Positions 1-8,896 of a stretch of 64,000 nucleotides of DNA are shown here, piece by piece. The number at the start of each line of letters is the position of its first letter. Positions within the stretch are counted from its first letter, which is position 1. This stretch comes from an uncultured Clostridia bacterium (GTDB taxonomy: Bacteria > Bacillota > Clostridia > Oscillospirales > Acutalibacteraceae), in contig CANRNI010000001.1 in the NCBI GenBank assembly GCA_947631945.1, positions 91,331 through 155,330 of the forward strand, given 5' to 3'. The notes beneath the pieces were generated by a model that saw only the letters and a list, made by a program, of their open reading frames with translations, did not search any database and was not told where the DNA came from. The translations under genes and the position numbers were made by a program.

Positions 1-92
1 TTTGTCTGTTCTATATCTATTTTATCGCCTGACATCGGAAGCCGCATAAGTCCGAAGCCGAGTTTTTTAATTTCTTTTCCGAGATAATCCAA
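1..92 (-). CDS. Aldo/keto reductase-like protein, N-terminal fragment (gene runs off the window)
   Basis: The minus-strand frame reads (TTG)DYLGKEIKKLGFGLMRLPMSGDKIDIEQT, with an AAGGAGG RBS at 100-106, 7 nt upstream. GFGxMRLP is a typical AKR N-terminus. It is too short to appear in the ORF track. Confidence 0.4.
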   Translation of the reverse strand, partial: MDYLGKEIKKLGFGLMRLPMSGDKIDIEQT

Positions 93-153
93 AATAAATC
101 CTCCTTAAAACAATACAAAAGTTATTATACGAGTATCAATTCGACCGTTCCAA

Positions 154-1629
154 TCAGAGCTTTACGGTTATTTCGTTTTCGCCCTTTATTGGCGTGAGCG
201 TAATTATGACGGCGTCGGAATCGCCTATTTGTGTTATTGTCGGCTTTCTGTCCGACGTAATTTCGCTCGGAAGCGACGGCGCGTAAATCTCAACCTTTTT
301 TCTTGACGCCTTATCGGCCGTGAATTTTAAAGTGAACGTGTTGTTTTTCCTGTTAAAATTGTATCTTATAATTTTTCCGGGAACCGCGGCAGGGTAGGGT
401 CTTGCAATGATTTTCATTATTTTTTCTTCCGCGAGTTCGGGCCAGAACGCCCAGTATGTTTGGCTCCAGTGATTGTCGTCGAATTTTTCGAGAAGATGCT
501 CAAGATGGGGATATTCCTCGCTGCCCGGAACCATTCCGCCCCATTCTCCCACTATTACGGGAACTTTAAGTCTTTGCTGTGTTTTCATATGCTGATTGAA
601 AATTGTATCGACGCGTTTGTTGCTTGCGGTGTTCGTCATAACGGAATCTACCGTAAGGTCATAGCCGTGAGGGGTGAACGCCGTGTTTTCTTCGAGTTTT
701 CCGTCGTCATATTTGATTCTCGGGGTATAGCATGGGATAGTTGTGTTGGAATAATAGCAGTTTTCCATCATGATTATCCCCTTATCGGTAACGCTTCTTA
801 TCATTTCCGACATTTTTTTAAGGAACGGATAATATTTTTCGGTATCGAATTTCATAACAAGCATATCGGCGCCCGAGGTGCCTTGGCGGAATACCTCCGG
901 GTCGTCGAGAACCGCAAGCGCTTCGTAAGCAAGGTCGCCTTTTATCATATTTTTAACGGCGCGCGCTTTTTTTACCTTTTTGGATAATACTGTTTTTACG
1001 GCGCTTTTCATCATTTTTTTAAACGCTTTGCCGCCGTCTGAGCCGGGAAAAGGCTCGTTGAATACGTCGAAGCCGAATAAGTTTTCCTTATCCTTGAAAC
1101 GAAGAATAACGTGCTTCCACATATCCGCGAAATGCTCTTGAAGTCCTTTGCCGCATACGGGAACGTTTTCCCAGAAATTATCAAACGAACGGTGAACGGC
1201 TTTGCTGAAAAAATATCCCTCCGCCCAAATCACCTTTGGCTTTTTAAAATTATAGGAATCGGTGACAGTCGCCCATTCGGGCGCTCCCGAACCGTAATTT
1301 GTACAGTATAAATCCTGATGCATATCGAGATATACGTATATGCCGTACTTTGCGCAAAGGTCAACGACGTTTTCCATATAATCAAGGTAATTTTCATCGT
1401 ATACGTCCGGCTCCGGCTCAACAGCCGCCCAAATAAGTCCCAGTCTTACAAGATTTATGCCGAGTTCCGAAAGGCGCTTGAACATATCCTCCGTCCAGTT
1501 TTTCGGTATGTAATTTCTTTTTCCGTCATCGGACCAATCGCCTTTATGAACGAGATTTACGCCGTTAAAAATTCTTTCTCTTCCCGATTCGTCCACAAAC
1601 GTCATTTCGTTTACAGATATTCTTTCCAT
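154..1629 (-). CDS. Glycoside hydrolase family 5 (endoglycoceramidase/glucosylceramidase-like), cytoplasmic
   Basis: 491-aa ORF with GH5 hallmarks: LVRLGLIWAAVEP, LDMHQD, acid/base FDVFNEP, nucleophile region IVGEWGG. No signal peptide. Confidence 0.8.
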   Translation of the reverse strand: MERISVNEMTFVDESGRERIFNGVNLVHKGDWSDDGKRNYIPKNWTEDMFKRLSELGINLVRLGLIWAAVEPEPDVYDENYLDYMENVVDLCAKYGIYVYLDMHQDLYCTNYGSGAPEWATVTDSYNFKKPKVIWAEGYFFSKAVHRSFDNFWENVPVCGKGLQEHFADMWKHVILRFKDKENLFGFDVFNEPFPGSDGGKAFKKMMKSAVKTVLSKKVKKARAVKNMIKGDLAYEALAVLDDPEVFRQGTSGADMLVMKFDTEKYYPFLKKMSEMIRSVTDKGIIMMENCYYSNTTIPCYTPRIKYDDGKLEENTAFTPHGYDLTVDSVMTNTASNKRVDTIFNQHMKTQQRLKVPVIVGEWGGMVPGSEEYPHLEHLLEKFDDNHWSQTYWAFWPELAEEKIMKIIARPYPAAVPGKIIRYNFNRKNNTFTLKFTADKASRKKVEIYAPSLPSEITSDRKPTITQIGDSDAVIITLTPIKGENEITVKL

Positions 1630-1698
1630 TTATAAATCTCCTCCGATTTACATTATAGTTGCATTATAGCATAATATTCCGTTACGGTCAATACTTAA

Positions 1699-1767
1699 GG
1701 AAACACTGAATAATCTGACAAAAAATCTCATGATGCAATCTGCACATTCGATTTAATCAGTATTTCC
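1699..1767. mobile_element. MITE-like repeat, B-type, internally deleted (69 bp)
   Basis: GGAAACACTGAATAA...TTAATCAGTATTTCC inverted termini with the CAATCTGCACATTCGATTTAATCAG segment shared with the copies at 11016 and 30734. TTAA lies immediately on the left (1695-1698). Confidence 0.7.
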
Positions 1768-1769
1768 AT

Positions 1770-1800
1770 AAAAAACCGCGCCGGTATAAACAGGCGCGGT
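1770..1800 (-). terminator. Rho-independent terminator downstream of the PAP2 gene
   Basis: ACCGCGCC-loop-GGCGCGGT stem, followed on the minus strand by a T-run (the A-run at 1770-1775 on plus). Confidence 0.7.
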
Positions 1801-1815
1801 CATACGGTAAAAGGT

Positions 1816-2496
1816 TTATGCTGATTTCTTTTTGAAAATTTTGCCCAAATCAAAATCATTTAGCCATTTAAATAGCTTATTGTTTGATTTTTCAAGAAGC
1901 TTCATTATTGCCGTCATTATGTAGTACGCAAGGATTCCGGCTATAACTCCGCAGATAAATCCTCCGACAACGTCGGTAAAGTAATGAACCATAAGGTAAA
2001 GTCTTGAGCAGCCGACAAAAAACGCTATGACAGGGAAAAACCATTTGAATTTTTTGTTTTTGAATACAAGGAACATAGATACGGCCATTTCAAAAGCCGC
2101 CGTCGTGTGACCGCTTGGAAAGCTTCTGTCGCTTTCGGTAAGCTTTCCCGCTTCTGTGTACCATTGCATGAATGAGCTGTCGCCGGCGAGTGACACATAA
2201 GGCCGAGGTCTGTCAAATAAAGGCTTGGCTATGCCGTTTGTAATAAGAGTTCCTATGGTTATTGCGAGAAACAGCGCCATACCGCATTTCCTCGTCTTTT
2301 TGAAAAAACAGAGTACAAGCCCTAACAGCATCATCGGAACAACAACGTGACCGTCGCCCAATTCGGTAAAAATCTGAACGAACGGAGTGAACCACGCCGC
2401 GTGAAGTTTACCGAAAAATTCAAATACCGCGTAATCTACGCTGTGAAACGCGGTGTCGAGCCATGCGCCCGCGCTTAAAAGGTTTAGTGTTATCAT
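1816..2496 (-). CDS. PAP2-family lipid phosphatase (membrane)
   Basis: PAP2 motifs KPLFDRPRP, PSGHT and SRLYLMVHYFTDV. Start moved to ATG 2496 because GGGAGG lies 6 nt upstream; the longer ORF-track start has no RBS. Confidence 0.85.
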   Translation of the reverse strand: MITLNLLSAGAWLDTAFHSVDYAVFEFFGKLHAAWFTPFVQIFTELGDGHVVVPMMLLGLVLCFFKKTRKCGMALFLAITIGTLITNGIAKPLFDRPRPYVSLAGDSSFMQWYTEAGKLTESDRSFPSGHTTAAFEMAVSMFLVFKNKKFKWFFPVIAFFVGCSRLYLMVHYFTDVVGGFICGVIAGILAYYIMTAIMKLLEKSNNKLFKWLNDFDLGKIFKKKSA

Positions 2497-2678
2497 ATAG
2501 AACCTCCCGATTATTTTAGAGTGTTTGAAACAAGTGTCAGTAAATATATAATACCACAAACTGAAAAATATTCAAGACATATTACGCCGTTTTTTTACAA
2601 ATTCGGCGGTAATTGTCTTATTATTCCCGCCGAAAAAGCGAAATGCTTTTTTGAATCGCTTCTTGCCTGATTTAAAAC

Positions 2679-2713
2679 GCAAAGCTTTTTCAAAAAATTT
2701 GAAAAAGCTTTGC
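2679..2713 (-). terminator. Perfect palindromic hairpin downstream of the lysin gene
   Basis: GCAAAGCTTTTTCA-AAAAAT-TGAAAAAGCTTTGC, about 25 nt after the stop at 2737. The T-tract is only partial. Confidence 0.55.
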
Positions 2714-2736
2714 AACGTAAGCAGACGTTATTTAGG

Positions 2737-4332
2737 CTAAAAGCTTTCAAGCTTTGCCGAAACTCTTAAAATTTTTCTTGCGTCCGACGCCGATACCTCG
2801 CCGTTTCCGTCCGCGTCCGCCGCGTTTGCGACGCTTTCGGAAGGAACATAAAGCTTTGCGGAAATTCTCAGAGCCGTCCTCGCGTCGGCCGCCGTTATCT
2901 CTCCGTCGCCCGTAGGGTCGCCTTTTTGATAATCGGTATTTGGAGGAACCTCTCTGTTGTATCCAGAATCTTCAATAAGCTTAGGATAGTTTACATAGCA
3001 TATGCTAAGGTCGGTATTTTCGGCTTCAACTCCGGCGATACTGCCTTTGTCGGAATACTGCCACATTCCGTACGGGCCCGTATAATAGCATTTATCGCGC
3101 CAGTCGGCAACCCATAATGAATGGTTCGCGAAAATCGTGGGGTCGTAATAATTTGTAAGCCAGTATGTATTGCTGTAAACTCCCGAAAAAATATTCTCTT
3201 TATCCATACCCGCAAGGAACTGTTCCGCCAATTCCGTGATAAAATCTTTTCCCCATTTTTCCGTAACAGGGTCTTCGATATCTATGTAAACGGGCATATC
3301 GAACTCAAGATTATTTTTTCTTATAGTATCTGTAACGAACTTGGTTTCCTCCGCGGCTTCCGCGGCGTTCTCCGCCGCCGAATAAAAATAGCAACCTATG
3401 TGAAGTCCCGCGTTTTTCGCTCCGTTGTAATTTTCAAAAAAATTATCGTCGGTATATATGACCTTAGTCTTTGTCGCTCTGAATCCCAGCCTTAATATTA
3501 CGCCGTTTATACCGTTTTCAGCTACTCTGTTCCAGTCCACTTTACCCTGAAACTTTGAAACGTCGATAATATTCCAACGGACAGAGTATTCCGAGGAATC
3601 AATATAATTATCGTTGTACGGCTTTACATACTGCATATTTATCCAGCCTTCGGCGCCGTTATACGTTATTTTGCCCCATTCGCCGTCGGATGAAAACTCT
3701 GTTATATTTACGATTGTACCCATAGGAATAGTACAAATTATATCGGAGCTTGTTGTGGGCAGTTTTCTGAAATTAAGGGACGATGCTATGGTCATGTGAT
3801 TGCCCGCAGTATCGTTTGGTATTATATCGTAATCGGGCGACGCGTAATACATTATCTTGTCGAGCCCGTTCGTATACATTTTCTTTTTAACGGTATTGTC
3901 CGTATCGTATATCACAGCCGTTATGTATTTTTCATCGGCGCCCGATACGATTCCGCATAGATTTACGGCATTATTTTCACCTAAAAAAATTATGTCGCCT
4001 TTTTTCGGCATATAATTTGAGGCGGAGTGTACTTGCATTGTTTCCGAATAAAACGAGTAAAGCTCGTCCGCGCTTGAAGCGCTCGGGAGAGATTCCTTTG
4101 AAATATTCGCTTCTCTCGCGCACCATGATAAAAAACTGGCGCTTTCGGCCTCGGAACCGTACTTTTTGCCGCTGTAGCCTATCTGCGTTTCGGCTGCGGC
4201 GGTTAAGTCATCGGCCGCGTTTCCCGTATTCTTATGAGTATTTTCAAAATCCGCAAACGCCGTTAATGTGAGAGGTAAAAGCAAAATTATTGCGGTGAAT
4301 GCTGAAAGAAAGACCGAAAATGGTTTTTTCAT
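2737..4332 (-). CDS. Secreted multidomain cell-wall hydrolase: CHAP/NlpC-like + SH3b + GH25 muramidase + dockerin
   Basis: Signal peptide MKKPFSVFLSAFTAIILLLPLTLTAFA. Cys-containing N-terminal domain (SFLSWCA), SH3b-like segment (GEWGKITYNGAEGWINMQYV), GH25 core (IIDVSKFQGKVDWN...YIDIED). The C-terminus has two dockerin repeats (GDPTGDGEITAADAR.. and DADGNGEVSASDAR..). Start at ATG 4332 with a GGAGGA RBS. Confidence 0.8.
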   Translation of the reverse strand: MKKPFSVFLSAFTAIILLLPLTLTAFADFENTHKNTGNAADDLTAAAETQIGYSGKKYGSEAESASFLSWCAREANISKESLPSASSADELYSFYSETMQVHSASNYMPKKGDIIFLGENNAVNLCGIVSGADEKYITAVIYDTDNTVKKKMYTNGLDKIMYYASPDYDIIPNDTAGNHMTIASSLNFRKLPTTSSDIICTIPMGTIVNITEFSSDGEWGKITYNGAEGWINMQYVKPYNDNYIDSSEYSVRWNIIDVSKFQGKVDWNRVAENGINGVILRLGFRATKTKVIYTDDNFFENYNGAKNAGLHIGCYFYSAAENAAEAAEETKFVTDTIRKNNLEFDMPVYIDIEDPVTEKWGKDFITELAEQFLAGMDKENIFSGVYSNTYWLTNYYDPTIFANHSLWVADWRDKCYYTGPYGMWQYSDKGSIAGVEAENTDLSICYVNYPKLIEDSGYNREVPPNTDYQKGDPTGDGEITAADARTALRISAKLYVPSESVANAADADGNGEVSASDARKILRVSAKLESF

Positions 4333-4433
4333 ACTTATTTTCCTCCGTATTTGTTTTGCGCGAATGAACATATCAGCGCATCGGGTGTACAAATATTATG
4401 CAAGATTGCGTAACAAATTGCAAGTACTTTTAT

Positions 4434-5138
4434 TTAAAAGAAAAATTTTCTTGATAACCATGCTCGGAATCTGTAGTTTTTATTTGCTATAATAAAAATA
4501 ATCAACAGAATAAGACATGATACGGCAAAAATCATCGTTATATACGTTACGATTACGCTTTTAATGTAAATGTTGACGATAAGGCATATGAAAATATTAA
4601 GCGATATCAGCGCGGTAAGTATAGCTATGATTGATTTTATAAGATTTTTCTTTTTACCGAAATATGCGGATAAAATGCCTATCGTCAGAAATACTCCTGC
4701 CGTTATGGGAACTGCGAGACTTAAAAACCAGCCTGTTTTTGCGGAATTGTAATAATAGAATAAGAAAATATAAATAACAGTTGCCGCCGCGTCAACTGCG
4801 AGTATCAGGTATATATGCTTTCTTTTCATCAAAAAAGGAAATACGAACAAGAACCAAGCTATGGCGGAGGACGCTACGACATATACCGACCATAGCCTAT
4901 GGGGCGTAAGAAGCAAATTTGTTATAACGCATACAAAATTCGGCAGTAAAATAAGAAATGAAGCGATGATTGCGCCGTAGCGTGTTCTCGCGCCTTTCGG
5001 AAGGACGATTTTTTTAGGAAACGGCGGCTCCGCTTTATCCGTATTGAGGATATTTGGATTTATTACCGGAGTGTCGCACAGAGGACATTTTTTTGCCGCG
5101 TCCGCAAGCTCTACTCCGCAGTTTACACAATATGACAT
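4434..5138 (-). CDS. Zinc-ribbon membrane protein (resembles DUF6320 family)
   Basis: N-terminal CxxC...CPLC zinc ribbon (MSYCVNCGVELADAAKKCPLCDT) followed by about 5 hydrophobic helices. The family name is from memory and was not searched. Confidence 0.55.
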   Translation of the reverse strand: MSYCVNCGVELADAAKKCPLCDTPVINPNILNTDKAEPPFPKKIVLPKGARTRYGAIIASFLILLPNFVCVITNLLLTPHRLWSVYVVASSAIAWFLFVFPFLMKRKHIYLILAVDAAATVIYIFLFYYYNSAKTGWFLSLAVPITAGVFLTIGILSAYFGKKKNLIKSIIAILTALISLNIFICLIVNIYIKSVIVTYITMIFAVSCLILLIIFIIANKNYRFRAWLSRKFFF

Positions 5139-5250
5139 TAATTCAAGACCTCTTTGCAAGTCTGTTTAAATTGTTTAAATTTTTAGGCAACACCGTATAA
5201 ATACCGTCTCGCACCTTTGCGCACAAGCTCTCGCTGTGCCGCCTTGATTT

Positions 5251-6546
5251 TTATACGTCTTTGTTGCTTTCTATTTTAACGGGGATTCCTTCTTTTACAA
5301 GAAAACGGAAAAACTCCCTTTCAATATCGGTATTCGAGTATCTGTTAGCAAACGTTACAGTCATTGTGTTGCCATAGGTTATAGCTCCCGCGCGGCCTCC
5401 GTTTACCTTTCCGGGGCTTGGCATGAGGATAAAGCTGTCAACGTATTCGCGCATTTCCTCCGGCAGATTAACTATTCCGAGATTTGTAAAAAGCGCTGTC
5501 GTTGTGTGTTCCGCTGTCAGCGCGAATGAAAGACCTATGCCGAGATCCTTAATAAACAGAGGAATAAGGCGCATTACGGGGTTCTTTTCAAGACCGAGAT
5601 TTGCCGCGAACATTGACTGCAAATGTTTTTTATTGTTTGTGTATCGCAAATAAAGCGATACCTGCCTTAAAATTTCCTCAAAAGTGTATTCGCCGAGATT
5701 CGGGTCAAGTCTTACGCTGTAGCATACCGAAAAATTTCTAAGCGTTTCCGACGGAAACAGATTACGGCAGTTTACGGGAATTTGAATACTTACTTCCTTT
5801 TGCTTTTTTACGCTTTCGTCCCTTTGCAGCTTCATGTGTACAAGCATAAGAACCGACGCGATATATTCCGTAACGGTAACTCCGTGAGCTTTTGATTTTT
5901 CTTTAAGCGTGTCAACGGGGATATATCCGCTTGTCATGATTGAAAGATGCTTTGGCATTTTTTCTCCGGTTCGGTGATAGGTCGGGAGCGCCGGACGCTT
6001 GGCTTTGACCTTTGAAACGGCGTATTTCGCGAAGGCGTCCTCAAGCTCGCCGTCCTTTGGAAGCTCGTCCAAGCTGAAAACCATTCCGCCCGAGGGAATA
6101 TCATGACCTTTCAGTCTCAGGTACTCCGCCGCGACGGTTGAGATAAAAACCGCGCTTCCGTAACCGTCTGTCAAAGCGTGGAAAAGCTCGAGGGATATTC
6201 TGTTTTTATAATAAAACACCCTGAACAGATAATTATTGTTTTCGCTGTACTTTATCCTTACACACGGATTGTTTACGTCGGGCTTTACTATCGGTTCTTT
6301 CTGATTTTTTTCAAAATAATACCAGAAAAATCCCTTTCTCATTCTTACGTCAAGTGAGGGGAAACGCGGCAGGCATCTTTTTACGGCGGTTTTCAGTATT
6401 TCCGGCTCTATTTCCTCTTTAAGATTTATGGATATCCGTATCATGTTTGACCATGTTGCGGAGTTCTGCCCGGGAAAAATTTTTGCCGCGTTATCGAGCT
6501 TGAACCATGTTTTGTTTTCGGTGAATTTCAGTGTTTTCATTTTCAT
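5251..6546 (-). CDS. HxxxD acyltransferase (condensation / alcohol acetyltransferase-like)
   Basis: 431-aa ORF with the HALTDGYG (HxxxDG) catalytic motif typical of condensation/AATase-type acyltransferases. Confidence 0.6.
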   Translation of the reverse strand: MKMKTLKFTENKTWFKLDNAAKIFPGQNSATWSNMIRISINLKEEIEPEILKTAVKRCLPRFPSLDVRMRKGFFWYYFEKNQKEPIVKPDVNNPCVRIKYSENNNYLFRVFYYKNRISLELFHALTDGYGSAVFISTVAAEYLRLKGHDIPSGGMVFSLDELPKDGELEDAFAKYAVSKVKAKRPALPTYHRTGEKMPKHLSIMTSGYIPVDTLKEKSKAHGVTVTEYIASVLMLVHMKLQRDESVKKQKEVSIQIPVNCRNLFPSETLRNFSVCYSVRLDPNLGEYTFEEILRQVSLYLRYTNNKKHLQSMFAANLGLEKNPVMRLIPLFIKDLGIGLSFALTAEHTTTALFTNLGIVNLPEEMREYVDSFILMPSPGKVNGGRAGAITYGNTMTVTFANRYSNTDIEREFFRFLVKEGIPVKIESNKDV

Positions 6547-6552
6547 ATGTAA

Positions 6553-7614
6553 TCAACTGAAATCTGTATTTTCGATTTCGTAAATAAGCTCGTCTAAAAG
6601 CTTATCTTCGGGGACTTTTCTTAAAATTTCGCCTTTTCTGAAAATAAGACCGCATTTTTCACCGCCGGCTATGCCGATATCCGCTTCGCGGGCTTCTCCG
6701 GGGCCGTTCACAGCGCAGCCCATTATCGCGACGGTTATGTCTTTATCGCAGCTTTTAAGGCGTTTCTCCGCTTCGGACGCTATTTTTATAAGGTCGATTT
6801 TCGTTCTTCCGCAGGTCGGACAGGATACAAAGCGTATGCCTTTATTCCTTAAATCGAGAGCTTTAAGCAAATCATACGCCGCGTGTACTTCCTTTTCGGG
6901 GTCGGCAGTTAAAGAAATTCTTATCGTGTCGCCTATGCCGTTAAGAAGCAGAGCGCCGAGCCCGGCGGAGGATTTAATAATTCCCATACGCTCTGTTCCG
7001 GCTTCCGTTATCCCTATGTGCAAGGGATAATCGCACATATCGGCAACGATTTTGTAAGCCTCGAATGATTTTCTTACGTCCGAGGATTTAAGCGATATTA
7101 CAATATTGTCAAAATCAAATTTATTTAAAAGGCTCACATGGTACATCGCGCTTTCGGCGAGAGCCTCGGGAGTGGGCGAGCCGTGTTTCGCGAGTATCTC
7201 CTTTTCGAGCGAGCCGGAGTTTACGCCGATTCTTATCGGTATATTTTTTTGTCCGCACTTATCCGCGACAGCCTTTACTCTGTCATCCGAGCCGATATTG
7301 CCGGGATTTATTCTTATCTTATCGGCTCCGGCTTCGGCACATTCGAGAGCTATTCTGTAATCGAAATGAATATCTGCGACAACGGGTATATCGACGCTTT
7401 CCTTTAATTTGTACACGGTTCTTACGCAGTCAAGGTCGGGAACCGCCGTTCTTATTATTTCGCAGCCCGCCTTTTGGAGCTTTAACGCTTGCTCCGCGCA
7501 TTTTTCGGCGTCGTGAGCCGAGACGTTCAGCATTGACTGTACAGCTATCGGATTATCTCCGCCTATAGAAATATTACCGATTTTTACTTGTTTTGATTTT
7601 CTGCGGTTGTACAC
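6553..7614 (-). CDS. ispG: 4-hydroxy-3-methylbut-2-enyl diphosphate synthase
   Basis: Full-length IspG/GcpE-like sequence (IRINPGNIG, VSCPTCGRT, MGCAVNGPGEA). Confidence 0.95.
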   Translation of the reverse strand: MYNRRKSKQVKIGNISIGGDNPIAVQSMLNVSAHDAEKCAEQALKLQKAGCEIIRTAVPDLDCVRTVYKLKESVDIPVVADIHFDYRIALECAEAGADKIRINPGNIGSDDRVKAVADKCGQKNIPIRIGVNSGSLEKEILAKHGSPTPEALAESAMYHVSLLNKFDFDNIVISLKSSDVRKSFEAYKIVADMCDYPLHIGITEAGTERMGIIKSSAGLGALLLNGIGDTIRISLTADPEKEVHAAYDLLKALDLRNKGIRFVSCPTCGRTKIDLIKIASEAEKRLKSCDKDITVAIMGCAVNGPGEAREADIGIAGGEKCGLIFRKGEILRKVPEDKLLDELIYEIENTDFS

Positions 7615-7624
7615 ATTATCACTC

Positions 7625-8761
7625 CTAAAGAACTCCCGTTACAAGGTTCTTTATATCGTTAAAGGTTATTACCACCATAAGAAGCATAAGCAGCGCAAGT
7701 CCCGCCGCGTGAATATAGCCTTCGTATTTTGCCGGAACGGGCTTTCTTCTTATGGCTTCTATTAGTATGAAAAACAGTCTTCCGCCGTCGAGAGCCGGAA
7801 TCGGGAGCAGATTGAAAACGCCTATATTTATGGTTATAAGAGCCATTATATATATAATGGTGGTGATTCCCGTCCCTGCCGCCGCCGCTTCGGACGCAGC
7901 GTCCGCGATTATCGACACAGTGCCTACAGGGCCCGATAAATCGTTAATGCCGTAATGACCCGTTATAAGGTCAAAAAGCGTCAGCCATACAAGTCTTGCG
8001 GTGGAAACGGTGTCAAGCGCCGCTGTTGACAGCACGTTCAATGGATTTTTTTCAACGCCTACTATAATAAAATCATATATTATAGTGTTATGCCCGTTTT
8101 CCAATGGCTTTGTTTCAAAATGAACGTCTTTAAGCTCTACGTTTTCGCCGTTCCTTTCAACGACAAAATCATATATGCCGTCCTCGTCCCTCAGAATAGA
8201 GTAGCTTATATCTCTGCTTGAAAATATCCTCGTTCCGTTTATTTTTTTTATAACGTCGCCCACTTCAAGCCCGTATTTGGCGCTTGTGGCGTTATCGTAG
8301 AATGAATGTATCTGCGTTGTGCCGATGAGATCGTCCGAGCAGGTCAGAATTATTATAAATATAAATCCGAGAATAAGATTCATTATCGCGCCCGCAGCGA
8401 CGATGATAAATTTCTTCCATGGCTTTTTATTGCAGAATGCTCTTTCGTCCTCCGAGGTTTCGTCCTCGCCCTCCATGCTGACGTAGCCGCCTATCGGCAA
8501 GCATCTCACGGCGTATTTTGTTTCACCCTTTTGTTTTTTGAATATCGCGGGTCCCATGCCGAGTGAAAACTCATTGACTTTTACATGGAAAAGCTTAGCG
8601 GTGAGGAAATGCCCCAGCTCATGAATAGCTATAATTAATCCGAAAAACAGTATAGCGACAAGTATAGGCCAGACCTTTCCCCAAACGGCGGCTATGCTTA
8701 CCGCAAGCGTAATACTTTTCAAAAAGAAAATCAGTCCTTTCTGTTTAAGGCAATACCGCAT
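7625..8761 (-). CDS. rseP: RIP metalloprotease RseP (site-2 protease, M50)
   Basis: HELGH zinc motif, PDZ segment and FNLLPIPALDGGR motif. The ATG at 8761 lies inside the terminus of the repeat at 8745-8896, so the real start may be the in-frame TTG near 8722. Confidence 0.9.
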   Translation of the reverse strand: MRYCLKQKGLIFFLKSITLAVSIAAVWGKVWPILVAILFFGLIIAIHELGHFLTAKLFHVKVNEFSLGMGPAIFKKQKGETKYAVRCLPIGGYVSMEGEDETSEDERAFCNKKPWKKFIIVAAGAIMNLILGFIFIIILTCSDDLIGTTQIHSFYDNATSAKYGLEVGDVIKKINGTRIFSSRDISYSILRDEDGIYDFVVERNGENVELKDVHFETKPLENGHNTIIYDFIIVGVEKNPLNVLSTAALDTVSTARLVWLTLFDLITGHYGINDLSGPVGTVSIIADAASEAAAAGTGITTIIYIMALITINIGVFNLLPIPALDGGRLFFILIEAIRRKPVPAKYEGYIHAAGLALLMLLMVVITFNDIKNLVTGVL

Positions 8762-8896
8762 AATTATTGTCGTGCAGATGTGCCATGATATTTTTCGTCA
8801 TACTGACGTATTTCAAGAAATTTTTGGAAAATATGACGGAAAATATCCTGGCAAAATGCGCGCTCAGTCCGTAGAACGTGATTTGTTCAGCGGTTC
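8745..8896. mobile_element. MITE-like repeat, hybrid (A-type left end, B-type right end, internal deletion)
   Basis: The left end is TTAAGGCAATACCGCATAATTATTGTCGTGCAGATGTGCC. The right end, GTGATTTGTTCAGCGGTTC, matches the B-type terminus. It overlaps the dxr stop (8887-8889) and the rseP ORF-track start. Confidence 0.75.

Noticed and set aside
460-987. Many 60-230 codon ORFs lie antisense to or nested within clearly homologous genes. Examples include 460-987, 3121-3495, 17845-18372, 21641-22339, 28706-29302, 36271-36795, 38409-39083 and 56719-57465.
   Set aside because: Each lies entirely within a longer ORF on the other strand or frame that has strong family motifs. Their composition is skewed (Arg/Ser/Phe-rich), as is typical of antisense frames in this GC range.
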